The notes beneath the pieces are model-generated. The model made no database searches. It worked only from the letters and a program-made list of their open reading frames with translations, and was not told the DNA's origin. Shown here piece after piece: positions 32,468 to 49,453 of a DNA stretch of 64,000 bases. This stretch comes from the human T2T-CHM13v2.0 reference genome, Homo sapiens. Location: NCBI RefSeq assembly GCF_009914755.1, contig NC_060925.1; one strand, written 5' to 3'. A program made the position numbers and the translations under genes. How positions within the stretch are numbered: the stretch's first letter is position 1; each line of letters opens with the position of its first letter.

Positions 32468-32740
32468 GCCGGGCATGGTGGCTCACGCCTGTAATCCCAG
32501 CACTTTGGGACGCCGAGGCTGGCGGATCACGAGGTCAGGAGATCCAGGCCATCCTGGCCAACATGGTGAAACCCCATCTTTACTAAAAATACAAAAATTA
32601 GCCGAGTGTGGTGGTGCGTGCCTGTAGTCCCAGCTCCTCAGGAGGCTAAGGCAGGAGAATCGCTTGAATCCAAGAGGCGGAGGCTGCAGTGAGCTGAGAT
32701 CATAGGTGAGCCTGGGTGACAGAGCAAGACTGTCTCAAAA

Positions 32741-32772
<32 letters not shown>

Positions 32773-32773
32773 A
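32468..32773 (+). mobile_element. AluSc-like with 16-bp TSD
   Basis: TSD aagaaactccatagtc at 32452-32467 and 32774-32789. Confidence 0.95.
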
Positions 32774-32834
32774 AAGAAACTCCATAGTCATTTTATAGTC
32801 ATACCTAATTTTTGGTCAAAAGATGATATTACCC

Positions 32835-33040
32835 AAGACAAAATTAAACCCAATCTCAAAGAATGAAAATGCACTACTATTGAAAACATTGGAAAGATGG
32901 TACTACTAGTCTGTAGGTAGTTCCAGATGAGGGGTTCCAGGTATTTTGAACAGCAACAGTATTGTTGAATAAGTGGAAAAAGTGACTACTGAGAAAGAAC
33001 ATGGTCCTTTTTGGTTCTCTTAGTTCTGATACATTTGTCA
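32835..33040 (+). mobile_element. MARNA (ancient mariner) relic
   Basis: aaaattaaacccaatctcaaag...ctactattgaaaacatt...gttccaggtattttgaaca...ttgaataagtg...gtgactact resembles recalled MARNA consensus. Confidence 0.65.
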
Positions 33041-33249
33041 GATCATGTTTCTCATTATCTTAGAGCTTTACTTGGGACATCCACTTAGTCTGCCTTCTGA
33101 GAAGCCTGTCCCCTGTTACCACATACAGTCAAGCAGGACAAGCTTTCACACCCCAACATACACCCTCAGAGAGTGAATTCTTTTTTTAAGGGGGTGCTTT
33201 TTTCCCCTCTTCAACTTGGCTTGGAAAAAAGACTTTTTTGACTTTTTTT

Positions 33250-33665
33250 CTGATGTTAAATGATGGACTACATTGTCCTTATAGAAAGCAGGGAAAAATA
33301 AACTAATAAAATCACCGAAATCCTACAAATTACTAGGCTCATATTTTGCTGTATTTCTGTCATCTTTTCTCTATCCATGTGTATATAATGTTGCTTTTAT
33401 ATATATCTGTTGTTGTAGTTCTCTGTCTTGCTCTTTATTATTTTGTGAGCATTCTTTATACCTTTATCTACATCATGATTTTTTACAGTTTTATGGAATT
33501 CCATCAAATGGAAGGTTCATTTATTTAACATACTCCAGTAGCGGGGCATGTACATTGCTAATTTTTCACTGCTATGATAACGAACATCCTTGTAAATAAA
33601 TTTTTCTGTGCATTTCTGATTTTTTTTAAGGATGGATTTCCACAAGTGGAATCACTGGGTCTTAA
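33250..33665 (-). mobile_element. L1ME-type 3' fragment
   Basis: gaacatccttgtaaataaat...ggatggatttccacaagtggaatcactgggtc. Confidence 0.6.
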
Positions 33666-35457
33666 TACATATATTCAAAGCTCTGGATGTTGGCTTTTAA
33701 TTTTATTTCACTTTTAAAGGCTACTGAGGGTAACAAGAGGCTATCTGTAACACTGAATACCTCTCTGATAGCTCTTGGCCCCTTGTCCTCTAGGGATGGC
33801 CCTGTCTTCAGGCTTAGTGGCCAGTTGGCTCAGATGTTTTATTATCCAGTTAATTTCATGGTAGAACAGGGGCCAAGTGGCCTTCTCACTTAGTCAGCAG
33901 CTCCCATCATGTCATCATCATATCACTGCACTGCTTTACTCTGAAGCTTTTCTCACAGCAACTCTAGGCATTTAAATAGCTTCATTGATCCTTCCAACCC
34001 TAGTACCCTTTTCTCTTGTAGTGGTAAGGGACCCATTAATGTTGATTGGGAAACTGCAGTAGCAAGAATGACCATCAATATTGTACAGGAATCCCACATT
34101 GGAACCCTGGATTGGTACCAGATTGAGATTCTCTTTGTTTTCTTGCTGTTACTGAGCTAGCACCGAGGTAATAAATTGGGCCAGCTTAATTTGATAAAAT
34201 AGGTTGACAAACTTTACTGTGTCAACACACCCCTGCTTTGGTAGATTTCTGCCTCTGGAAGAACTAGAACTGGTGCTGTGTTTTAAATCAATGTATTACA
34301 GCCAAGTGCAAATCAGCTTCTGTTATGTGGGACTGATAGCCTTAGAGTAGAATTATAGACTTGATGAGAGTACATCCTTGTTTCTGACTTGGAGTGGACA
34401 TCCTGGAGCAGATAACGTGAGGTTTTGTAGCTGATGATAGACTGGGGATATTTGGAGGTTAGCTGGAGAACTGAAAGAAGGCACATGTGTAGGACTTTGT
34501 GTGTAGGGGGCCAATAAGAAAGTCTCTGCAGCAGTTAGGATAGTGGAAAATGGCTTGAGTCACTGACAGGCTTGCGTCCTGCATCCTTCATAGTGAGAAC
34601 TGTGTGCCTTTCCCATTCCCAGAGCCCTTAAGCAAAGCTGTCATAAAAGGGCGATTCTCTCCACTGCAGGGAATCTGGAAGTCTGCATGCTTCTGGGGTG
34701 AGGCCTGTCAACACCTTTTACAGCACTAGGCACCTAGTAGACCATGTGCTTATTTGGATAGTTGATAGTTTTGTCCTGTTAAAGTTTTTTCTCTCCTTAA
34801 TTGTATACTTTTTAGGCTTACTGCATGTCACTGGGCTAGAGAGGGTCATCAGCACAAACTCACTTTGGGGTTGGTTTCAGTTGCTGCTGTTTTTGCAATG
34901 TGTATTTTTTTTGTTACAACTGGAGATGGTTGTTATACGATCCCTATTTCTCAAAGAGTGAGCCTGTATAGCTAACAAGCATACAATACCATTTTCCCCT
35001 CATCCTTGATTTTGTTTTCTTGTCATGTAGGCATTAGTATTGAAAGGTTAAGGCCTTCATCCTCACTATGCTGCTGTGGTTTCTATTGGTTGTTGGAGAA
35101 ACCCCAGGCTGATAATACTACTTTTATGTTGATTACTCATTGTAACAACTGTGGGGATGGTACTTTCAATGAATACCAGTTGTTAAATAGCATCTTTTGC
35201 TCATTGTGGAATGGCAGGAACCTTTTGGACTTCTTGGTTTGAAATCCTTTGATTTGGAAGATCACTTTTTTACAATCTGTTATCAACTTAATTGCCTCAC
35301 TCCCTGATCATGTTCCATGTTTCCTGTTGCATTTACTGGAAGTCTCCATCTCCTTCCTTCCTTTCATTGAGAACTTTCTGACAGGATACAAAGATTATTG
35401 ATAGTCCCTGTCTTTGAGGGATTATCAGCCCCATATAGTTTAGTGGGGAGACTGTAG

Positions 35458-36135
<678 letters not shown>

Positions 36136-36354
36136 AGCACTAGATATTTTTAAGACAGAGGAATGACATAAACAACTAGGGTGGGTATTTTTTGAGGGGT
36201 GGGGTGGGGAGAGATAACTGGCAGCAGTGTGAAAGATCATTTATAGGGATCATTTACAGGGAAGTGGGGATATAGCTAAGCCAGTAAGTATGTACCTGAT
36301 TTTAGTTTGTTTAGGATGCAAAGAGGTGAGAGAAGTAAAGAGCAGGGATGTTAA

Positions 36355-36654
<300 letters not shown>

Positions 36655-36678
36655 TGAAATCTTTCTAAAAGAGAATTT

Positions 36679-37274
<596 letters not shown>

Positions 37275-37807
37275 GAGAGAGAGAATTTGGTTTTTAAAAA
37301 TATTTTATGTTGAATGTTAGCTGGAACTGGAGATCCACTTTACCCCCACAGCTCAAGTTCAGCTTGACCCTTATGTTGTGCAATGCTTTGTGTTTGGGTT
37401 GGTATTTCCTGGGACTGGTCAGGTGATGCACTTCAGCATGAGGCCTGTGTAGTAGCTGAAGAGTAGTGACCCAAGGTGTCTATCAGTGATAAGAGGAGAG
37501 AAGAAGCCCGTTTAGCTCTGGACAGGGCCTCTGTTTCCTCTGAGATCTCTTGTCTACTCTCCCTGGTCCAGGGCTCCATCTTTGCATAACTTTTTACAGA
37601 TAGATTTGAAGTGCCAACTTCATTCTGTTTTGGAGTACTGGCATTGGACACAATTGATTACATCCCTGCCTGTTTAAAATATTCTCTTCTTTTACCTTCA
37701 ATGAGAGTATTTCATGGTTTTCCTTAACCTATCTGATTGCTGTTTGTCTGCTTTGTTGGGTCTTTTTCTTCTTCTGACTCTTAACTGTGGCAGTTTTCTA
37801 AGGGGTA

Positions 37808-38165
37808 AGGCAGTGTAGTGAAGTGGGAAGAACATGGGTTTTGGATCCAGGCAGGGCTGGGTTCAAATATATGTTTTTTGTGTGTGTGCGTGTGTGTGGA
37901 GAACGGTCTCGCTATATTGCCCAGGCAGGTCTCGAACTCCTGGGCTCAAACTATCTTCCCGCCTCTGCAGAGCTCCCTGAGAGCTGGGATTACAGGCGTG
38001 AGCCACTGCGCCTGGCTCAAATCTGTGTTTCTACATTTATCAGCTGAGTGACCTGGGGCAAGTTACTCACTTTTCCTGAGCCTCAGTTTTTTCATCTGTA
38101 AAATGGGGATAATAATATCTTCCATATAAAATTATGAGGATTAAACAGAGTAGTATAAGTAAATT
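37808..38165 (+). mobile_element. MIR split by a FLAM (37874-38016, minus)
   Basis: gtgacctggggcaagttact...ctgagcctcagttttttcatctgtaaaatggggataataa; FLAM TSD tcaaat.t.tgttt. Confidence 0.85.
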
Positions 38166-38189
38166 TTCTTATTGCCTGATTGATCGGTT

Positions 38190-38313
38190 GATCGTAGAGA
38201 TGGGGGTCTCTGTGTGTTGTACAGGCTGGTCTGAAACTCCTGGGCTCAAGTGATCCATCCCCTTGGCCTCCTAAAGTGCTGGGATTACAGGTGTGAGCCA
38301 CTGTGCCCAGCCC
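38190..38313 (-). mobile_element. FLAM / AluJ left monomer
   Basis: Monomer consensus. Confidence 0.85.
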
Positions 38314-38698
38314 AAACTCAGTATTTTCAAACCAAGCTTAAATTTGGCTTTTCTATCCTAGTCCCCATTTTTTGACAGTTGAACTCACATTCTTCCAGTC
38401 TCTGAGATTAGAAACCTTGCAGACATCTGTTAACTCTTTTCTCTTCATCAACCCCATTTTCAATCTGTCATTGAGTTCTTTTGTTCTTCAGAGTTTCTCT
38501 TAAATTTGTCTTTTTCTCCCCATTCTCTATTCCATGACTCTAGTCCAGTCACTTATCACTTTGTACCTGAATTACAGCAACCGCCTCATATTTTGTTTTC
38601 TGTGTCCTGTTTCTCTCTTCAGTTAACACCGAAGTAGCAGCTACTTTCCTAGTATTTCCTATTACTGAAAGTCTAAATTTGTTACAAAGACCTTTTAT

Positions 38699-39006
38699 GG
38701 CTGGACCTGGTGGCCCATGCCTGTAATCCCAGCACTTTTGGAGGCTGAGGCAGAAGGATTGCTTGAGGTCAGGAGTCTGAGACCAGGCTAGGCAACATAG
38801 GGAAACTGTGTCTCTACAAGAAAAAAACATTTTTTTTTAAGTAGCCAGACCTGGTGGTGTGTGCCTGTAGTCCCAGCTACTCAGGAGGATGAAGTGGGAG
38901 GATTGCTTGAAGCCCAGGAGGTCCAGGCTGCAGTGAGCCATGACCCTGTCACTGCACTGTAGCTTGGGGACAGAGCAAGACCCTGTCTCAAAAAAAAAAA
39001 AAAAAA
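38699..39006 (+). mobile_element. AluJ
   Basis: TSD aaagac(c/a)ttttatg. Confidence 0.92.
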
Positions 39007-39142
39007 GACATTTTATGCTCTCATCCCCTTCCTACTTAACCAGGCTTATCTCACTTATTTTCCTAGAACACACCTTCAGTTCCACACAAACCCTGTTCCT
39101 CATTGTGTCTTATCCTCCCTCATTCATTCTCTCTCCTTGCCC

Positions 39143-39465
<323 letters not shown>

Positions 39466-40583
39466 TCTCCTTGCCCTTTAGTTCTCTTTACCTGGAATGC
39501 CCTTGTTCTTTATACTTAACTGAAATCTGTCTATTCCTTCAAGTTTCACTTCAGGTCTTTCTTCTGATGAAGACTTCTCTGATTATCGTAGTCCAAGTTG
39601 ATGTATCACTTTCCCAAGCTAGTTTTATCTATCTATTGAAATGGTAAGCTTTTTTGAGAGAACTGTTTTATAGACATTTCTATTATTCCCACGGTGCCTC
39701 GCTCATGCCTAGCCAAGTTTAAATGCTCCTTACAGAGCACTTATAAAATGTGGTGACCAAAGCCAATCACTCTTTCATTCGACAAATGTGTATGAGCACC
39801 TACCATGTGTGCTGTGCTCTGCACTGGGATCCCAGCAATAAACAACACAGAAACAAGACAGGTTATACTGTAGAGAAGGAGACACTAGACAAATATTTGT
39901 TGGTCAACAGAATTTGTGGAAGCCAGGCAGGACTCTAAGTGAGGACAAATGACAAGAAGAGGGAGAATTTAGAAAATAAGATATCAGTGAAACGACTATT
40001 ATAGGAAAAAGGTGTTTAATGGATTCATTCAGCAGGTAATTTATTGAATATCCACTGATACAAATGTATTCCCAGGTATTAGGGATATACCAGTAAATAA
40101 AGCAAAGTCCTTTCCCTTGTAGAGCTTATATTCTATCATTTAGAGGCATTTTTGAAAAGCAAAGCACCTAATATTGGATGAAGCCCATCTGTGGGAGGAC
40201 AGCAGTGAAGGAGTTAAAATGCTTCTAGGGCTCCAGGCTTTGTTGAAACAGATGGTTTCTTTGCACTAGGGAATGTTTTTAAGAGGGATTAGAGGACTGG
40301 GCTGAGGAAGGCCTGAGACCTCTTTCCCTCACGCCATAGCACACACACCTGCTGTTCTGGCGCCTGGTAGCTATGTAACTTGTCCCCCACTTGGTAGGCA
40401 CTTGTTTGCAGGCTTGTGATTGTGACTGTAGGGCTGGCTCTAAGCTTCTGACATTTTTATTTTCCTTTCGTGATTTTTATTTGTGGTCCAACAGCAATGA
40501 AGTCCCATTTGAATTTAACAGACGTTGGGACTTGTCTGCGTTCCTTTCTGGTCCATATTTACTTTTACATAATTGTAATCTTT

Positions 40584-40588
<5 letters not shown>

Positions 40589-40626
<38 letters not shown>
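40589..40626. repeat. (TG)19 microsatellite
   Basis: Seen directly. Confidence 0.95.
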
Positions 40627-40629
<3 letters not shown>

Positions 40630-40642
40630 TTTTCTCCCGATC

Positions 40643-40975
40643 CAGTTTTATTGTGGTAAAATACACATGACAAAAAATTGATCATTGTAAGTACTTTAAA
40701 GTGTACAGTTCATTGACATTAAGTACATTCACAATATTGTACAAACACCATGACTATTGAATTGCAGAACTTTTTCATGATCCCAAATGGAAATCCCATA
40801 TCCATTAAGCAGTAATTCCCCTTCTCCCCAACCCCTGGCAACCACTAATCAGCTTTGTGACTTGCCTGCCCTGGATTTGCTCATTCTGGATATTTTATAT
40901 AAATTTAGTCATGTGGCCTTTTGTCTCTGGCTTCTTTCACTTAGCATATGCACATATTTACATGCCTTTTCCATG
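40643..40975 (-). mobile_element. L1MB-type 3' end
   Basis: ttttattgtggtaaaatacacatg...taagtacattcaca...acccctggcaaccactaatc. Confidence 0.85.
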
Positions 40976-40986
40976 TAACATTATAA

Positions 40987-41312
<326 letters not shown>

Positions 41313-42447
41313 CAGACATTATAATTTTAAGTTATCTTGTTGATAATGGCTTCATTTAGCCATTCATTTATTGTTGAATATTTGGATTGTTTCAAGTTGC
41401 TATTATTTTTTAAAATGCTACGGTGGAAACCTCCCTGAGTGTGCTCTGCCATCTTTCAGGGGACTCTGAATGTTGCACATCAGCTGCAGAAGAGCCATTG
41501 TGCTTGATTTAGGATAGTGTGGACTGTTATCCAGCTCTGTGGGAGGACAGTCAAGTAATGAATTTTATATAGAAGGGAGCATTATTCTTTGCAAAATAAG
41601 ACCATGTTATCCAGGGAGTGGCAGGGAAAAGTTTTTTTTCCCCACTGCCTAGAATTCTCTGATAATCCCTCTATCCCTTTGGCTGTAGGAAAGAATTGAT
41701 TATAGCAGTTGAAGATGAAATGTTTTATTCATTTATTCATTCAACAAATATTTGAGAGCCTACTATATGCCAGACATTTGAAACTTGCTCATGGGTTGAG
41801 CTTGGCTAAACAGTGCCTTTCACTCCCTGGGCCTTTCATACCTGCCTGGGAACAAGAATAGGACCTACTTCCAGAGTAATCAGAGAGGATCCAGAGGTCA
41901 GAGCCATGTGGGGCCTTATTACCTCATGGTTTAACTCCTCAAGATTTGGTACCATTATAGATACTAATCACACATTAATTTGTCTGCTCACTCTGGGGAT
42001 TTCAAGGCCAGGCTGCCACTTTTCATACGTGGCTGTTCTTGTTCACCACTCTAACAGAGTCCTGGCTGCTAGGAGATGAGCCATCAGGCCTGTGCCCTCT
42101 TAGTAGTTTTGTTCACTATATCCTGGGCAAGGCAGCAAGGAGAAGGTGCTTACTGACTGAGTATAAAAGCTTCAGAGACTTTATTATAGTAACGTTACTG
42201 TGTTCATGCAAGGGGTGAGGTTGGCATGTCACAGATTCTGAGTTAGCCCAGATATACTTGGGTTAGTGCTGCTGGGGCCTTCTTGCCTTCTGGCAGACAG
42301 CCCTCCTCCCTTTTTTGTCCTTGCTGACCCATTTAACAGAATACTTTTAATTTCTCTCTACCTTGCTAGGAAAATAAAGACCACTTAGGACCATTCAGGG
42401 CCACACACTGCTTACAAAACCCAGTGTGGAGTAGAAAAAGCACTGGA

Positions 42448-42785
<338 letters not shown>

Positions 42786-43554
42786 TTAAACATTCACTTA
42801 GGAAATGCCAAACCTGTAGATTTGGAGTAAGAAGCAGAGAGGCTAGTGAGAGAGTTCAGGGTTTAGGCCTGATTTCTATCCTCTTCCACCTACCACTTGT
42901 TGCATTTCCTTCACTGTCAGAATTTGATTGTTCTGTGTCTGTATCTTCAGATGTGTTTTTCCTAGTGTATTTGAAAAACTGTTGAACAGTCCCCTCTGGG
43001 CAGGGAGGGAAGAGGGTTAGACAATCAGGAGTAGAGACTCTGTTATTTCTCTCTCCAGACCTAGACCCTGGAGTTAACTGAAGGTCCAGAGTTACTGAGG
43101 GGCGGCTGTGTTTGTTTTTCAGTAGGCTGGCTTTACTGAGTGGGATACAAGAGCCCAAAGCACAGGCCATTCCCAGAAGCCTAACATTTTCATATTTCTT
43201 TCTCTGCCAAAGAATCTTTGGTTAGGGTTAAGAATAACTAGTCTGTCTGTGGAAATACCAAGGCCTTTTGTTTGCCAGAAGAAAAGCGCTTTTGATTAAG
43301 GCTGCCTTTTCTCTCTCTCTTTTTTTTTTCTTAAGCTGTTGTGGGAAGACTTCAGAGCCTCTGAAGGTGCCGTATTTAAGGGGTGTAGGGGAAGGAATGA
43401 TAGCTAAATAGAACTAAGGGAGACTTAATCGTGCTTTACCGCACATTTGTGCAGAGATTAACAACAGCAACAAAATCTACCCAGTTTTTGGTCATTGCTT
43501 CTACTAGCCTTTCTTTCTTCCTGTCTTTTATGAAATCTACCCAAAACAGTAGTT

Positions 43555-43790
43555 CCCAAAGGACCTGCTGTACTGATCTGACCTTGAATCATACTCTATC
43601 ACTTAGTGTGATTTGGGGCATGTTACTTAACTTTTCTCTTTAGGCTAGAGTTTTGCAACTATAAAATGGGGATTATAGTAGACCATTTTCATAGGGTTAT
43701 AATGAGAATTGAATGAGTTAATATGTGGAAAATACTTAGGACAGTGCCTGGCACATAGTAAGAGCTTATCCCAGTAAATATTACTGCTAC
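43555..43790 (+). mobile_element. MIR
   Basis: taaaatggggattatagta...aatgagttaatatgtggaaaatacttaggacagtgcctggcacatagtaag. Confidence 0.82.
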
Positions 43791-45060
43791 TGTGTATGGC
43801 AAATGCTGAGTGTAGCTTTATTTTTTCGATTAGTAATTCCAAATGTGGCTTTCTAGGGTTAGCAAAGTCAGGGCTTTTTTTTTATAGAATGAAAAGGAAG
43901 CAGACATTCCCATTAGGCATTAACTTTTTATCAGTCAGAGGCAAAGGGAAAGATTTATTCTCTGTGTGGACGCATCATAGAGGCTCAGTGTCTTCTTAGT
44001 TGAATGTCAACAAGGGAATCAATTTCATCATGAAGAACTACTCTTTGGCAAAAGCAAGGGCGAGGGTTGGGTTGTGTACTTTCGTAGTCTTTGTCTGAGA
44101 GTAGTGATGTTTCTTGTGCCCCAGGAAAGCTTGAACCAAGGTATAGAGAAAGGGCCCCTGATCCTCCAAATTTACAGTAGTAAGAGAAGCAAGAAATATC
44201 TTAGTAGGAAAAGGGGAAACCCTCAGGGCTGGGTCTCGTCCCAGTGACTCTACTACCAGGTCTGGAGAATGTCACTAGTGGAGGCTCTGGGCAAGTGCCT
44301 GGCCACTGCATTTCCCTGGCCATAGTAAGAGATGTGCAGAATGACCTGCCCTAAGTCTCTGGGCTGTTTGTTTTATAAACTGCTACCTTCTTCCCCAAAT
44401 TGCTGGGAGTGGCTAAGGAAGTGGCACAGAAATTTAGATTTTTGTGTCTTTCTTGCCCTTTTCTGTATTGTCTTTAGTTTTTAGAAGGACTTTCTTGGCT
44501 GCCTTCTCCCTCCCCCACCTTGCTCCATCCTCTCTTGCAAAGTAAAATCTCATCTTCCTGCAGGAGGTTAGGTTGTAAAGTTTACACATAAAGTGAGGAT
44601 TCCAAATAATCAAAATTATCATGGAAAATATCTCAAATGACCCAGAAATTAAAGTATATAAACATGGTTTTGTGTATATGCCAGAACAAAGTTGGAATAC
44701 CATATGAAATAGTTGGCCTGTAATTAGGAGACATTTTATATGAAAAAATAAGTATTCTCAAAAACTAGAATCATGTACAGCATTCAGAATGCTCACAATG
44801 TGAAGAGGCACACCGGACTTAGACATGCTAAAGTCTCAGATTCAAGTCCTCTCATCTCATGCTCATGTTCATCCTGGTAAATAACTTCACTTTGGTGTAA
44901 AACCTCATTGAGTGGAATTGTGAGCAAACTTTTGTACTGTTTATTTTTCTCTTCCTGGTCAAGTTTGCATAGTTAAATGCAAGTATGTTGTGATTGTATT
45001 TTATCCTTCTTTTCTGCTTTCTGTTTTTCTAATTTCTTCTTCCCTTTTAAAAATCCTCAC

Positions 45061-45720
<660 letters not shown>

Positions 45721-46119
45721 CTAAATCCATTTTATAGCACACAACAATTCTTCTCTTACCCAGAATGCTTATTTGTGTGTTAGCTTGTCCCATTTCTTAG
45801 TCATTTTCGTTATTCAAAATTATTTAAAGGAGAATTGAGAGTAGGAAGGGAAGACTTCTAATAGTCCTCTTCGTTTAAATTCTGTAATCATAGCTTCCAC
45901 TCTCCTCCTTTTAGGTCCTCTAACTTTTGATTCTTATACCTTGCATATGAGGCTCTTTCCTTCTTTTTCCCCCCATTTTAGTCATTTTTCTGTAGAAAAT
46001 TTCTGCTTATGCTTGGGGAGCTAGATATGAATTCTTGTTATACTTACTAAGCATCACTGGTTCTATCTCTAGATGTTTAATAGTCAGGTTTTTAGATCAA
46101 TAGGTTTTTAGATCAATCC

Positions 46120-46280
46120 CAAATTCATAGTGTCATGAAAAGATAGATGAGGAACTGAGCCCACCTGGAGAAGTCAAAGGATACTTGGGCCAAGTGATAT
46201 AACTAGTTATTGACAAGCTTAAACCATGACCCAGGGTTCTGATGTACAGTTGAATGCCTTTCCTCCAAATCACATTGCTT
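46120..46280 (-). mobile_element. MIR fragment
   Basis: atagatgaggaactgagccca...acttgggccaagtgatataactagtta. Confidence 0.65.
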
Positions 46281-46545
46281 GCTGTTGAAGCCTTGGCTAG
46301 GAGTAATCTTTAGTAAGATCCTTGAATTGTGACTTTTTTTCTTTTGTTTAATTTTATTACAGTTCCTTCCTTTAACAAAAATGCTAAGTAATATAAGCTT
46401 TAAGAGGGTTAAAATTAGTCCGGTTTCAAAGATATATTTGAGAATTATGTAGTATCTCTTGAGATAGTCTAGAGATCTTAGAGCTACGTTGGGGCCTAAG
46501 GACTGAGAATCGCTGTCATCAGACTAGAGGTTTGAGAAAAGGAGA

Positions 46546-46833
46546 TTTTTATTTATTTATTTTTGAGACCTAGTTTCGCTCTTGTTGCCCAGGCTGGAGT
46601 GCAATGGCGCAATCTTGGTTCGCCACAACCCCCGCCTCCCAGGTTCAAGCGATTCTCCTGCCTCAGCCTCCTGAGTAGCATGTGCCACCACGCCCAGCTA
46701 ATTTTGTATTTTTAGTAGAGACGGAGTTTCTCCGTGTTGGTCAGGCCGGTTTCAAACTCCTGACCTCATGTGATCCACCCGCCTCGGCCTCCCAAAGTGC
46801 TGGCATTACAGGCGTGAGCCACCTTTCCCGGCC
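46546..46833 (-). mobile_element. AluSp-like with 12-nt deletion
   Basis: tttctccgtgttggtcagg; gagtagc-atgtg junction. Confidence 0.92.
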
Positions 46834-47593
46834 TAACTACTGTTTCTATAGAAGGAGTTTTCCAGATTGATGCCTAATGTACAAATAACTGCATCATCAG
46901 TCCCTGGCTGTCATCATTTTGCTGTGCAAAAAGGGAACATCAGAGAGGGGTCCAGGAGCCACTCCACATATCATTCGTAAATGTTATTGCTAATGGAGAG
47001 AGGGATGATGGTGGGGGCAGGCGTATTTGTGTTCATAGAGGAAGGTAGGACTGTAATCTCCATGCCTAGTTTCTGATTGGCATTGATAATATAACCATCT
47101 TTCAGAGAGTCAGCTCCAAGAGGTAACTGGGAAACATCTCAGTTTTGCTCCGGGCACTATTTCCTTTGCCATCTATACCAGAAGCTGTGGTGAATGGGAA
47201 AGCTATTGCTTTCTGAAGTGCCCTTAGGCCTTTCTCAGTGACTCTTAAGTTTTAAGAATCATTTGGGTGAGCATAATGCTGAAATCCTGTAGCTATGAAA
47301 GCTGCACTGCCATGGCAATAAAACTCCCCATTGAATAAGTAAAATGGCAATTTCCAGGAATCTGGGTGGTAGTTATTTCAATCAAGTTGAGAAATGGGAT
47401 CACCGAGAGGGGGATTTCCGCAGAATCTGGGCTGTCAGGGAAATCTTTAGGCTGTCAGGGAAATCTTTATTCCCCATTGTCTTCTCCTTACAAATTCCAG
47501 GAGAGGAGTATGAGGTTATATTTGTGTCCTCAGTAAGCCCATAAAGGTCAGCCAGTGTGCTACCTTACATTGTAATTTTCCTTTTCAACATTC

Positions 47594-47693
47594 TTTTTTT
47601 TTTTTTTTTTGGTTAAATTTTACTTTAAGTTCTGGGATACATGTGCAGAATGTGCAGGTTTGTTACATAGGTATACATGTGCCATGGTGGTTT
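47594..47693 (-). mobile_element. L1PA extreme 3' end (about 100 bp, 5'-truncated)
   Basis: tttaagttctgggatacatgtgcagaatgtgcaggtttgttacataggtatacatgtgccatggtggttt after a T tract. Confidence 0.93.
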
Positions 47694-48794
47694 TCATTCG
47701 TTTATGTACTGAACATAATCTTAGTACCTCACAGACAGTGCACATGTACTAACACCTTTCCTGAAACCTTAAAATATAAGAAATATAGAAATACAGGTAG
47801 TTTGTAAGTCTTTGCTCTTGGGGAAGCCAATTTTGGATTTCCTTTGTCTTTTTGTCCTATCATACTCCTTGAAAGGGGTAGTAAAAGCATTTTTCTCTTT
47901 TTCCCTCTCTGTAGTTCACCCCAGTGGGGCACATAGTTGCTGGATTCAGCAACGTTCTTTCCCAAATGATTCTTAAGGCATGCGGGTCACTGAGGTTTAT
48001 TTTTAAATCCATAACCCAGGGTTCAGCAGTTGTCCTTACTGAATTCCCGTGTGGAGGCTTTCAGCTGCCCAGACACCCCCACGTCTTTACTGGGCACATT
48101 CCAGCAGTCCTAAAGTCCTGACCCTCAGGAGTGAAATTCTGGTCTGGTGTCTCACTCCTGGAATTCCTTCATGAGGCATGGCTATGGCATGAATCAGGTG
48201 TCAGATTGGAAAGCCAAGAGATCAGGTGGCTTGTGATCATAATATAAAAAATTTCTAACTGGTAAAATGGTTTTGGAGACTTAATGCGTATTGAAAGTTT
48301 CTTTCTGCTTTATTGTCAGCCTTAGCCGCCTCTTGATGGTCTCTTTAGTTCCTTTCCTGGATTGTCTAGGAGCATGCTGGAGGCAGTCAGAACATAAGGA
48401 GTTAAATTGCAGTGAACTTATGGAGAATGATTAAACAGTGATTAAGTGATATTTTAACTTCTGTTTACAGGGGAGAAATGGATGTCATCAGGAAAAGGGT
48501 TTGTTTGCAGTTTTGACTGAAGTCATCTTATCTTAGCCAGGGCTGCCTGCCCTTATTCAATTTCATTTTTAGCTGCAAGGTGAACTCCCCCACACACTTA
48601 TTTTCTGATGTCCATCTTTGTCTTTGCTCATATTCCACCCCTTCCTTTCTTTCCCCAGACCCCGTGTTGCTCTAGGAAAACTTGCTCCACTCAGAACAGA
48701 GTTGGGGTGGGACTTAGCTGCCCTTCTGCATCTTCTGTTTCTGGAAGTCTTTGGGATGAACCATACATGGGAGAGTCAGGATACTGGAATGCCA

Positions 48795-49030
48795 TTGAAC
48801 TAGTGGAAAAAGCACTAGATAGGCAATTGAAGAGGCCTGGGTTTGAATTCCAGCTCTGCTACTTATTAGCTATGTGATCTTGGACAAATTACTTAATCTC
48901 TGTAAGTCTTAGTTTCCTGTTCTGTAAAATGGAGGTGATAATTTCTACCTGAAAGAATAGGAATTAGAGAGGATTAGAGTTATATATGTAAAGAGCATTG
49001 CCTGACACACACACAGTAGGCATTCAATTA
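48795..49030 (+). mobile_element. MIR
   Basis: cctgggtttgaattccagctctgctactta...tgtgatcttggacaaattacttaatctctg...ctgtaaaatggaggtgataat. Confidence 0.88.
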
Positions 49031-49129
49031 TGTGTGATCAAAGAGGTCAGAGTTGATGGTAGAATTTAGACTGTCTCGGTTAGCCTTTTGCCTGTTTTTC
49101 CCAGTGCTAATTGTATAGTTTATATATTA

Positions 49130-49453
<324 letters not shown>

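Noticed and set aside
42188-42199. 12-bp palindrome agtaacgttact
   Set aside because: Palindromes of this length are expected many times in 64 kb
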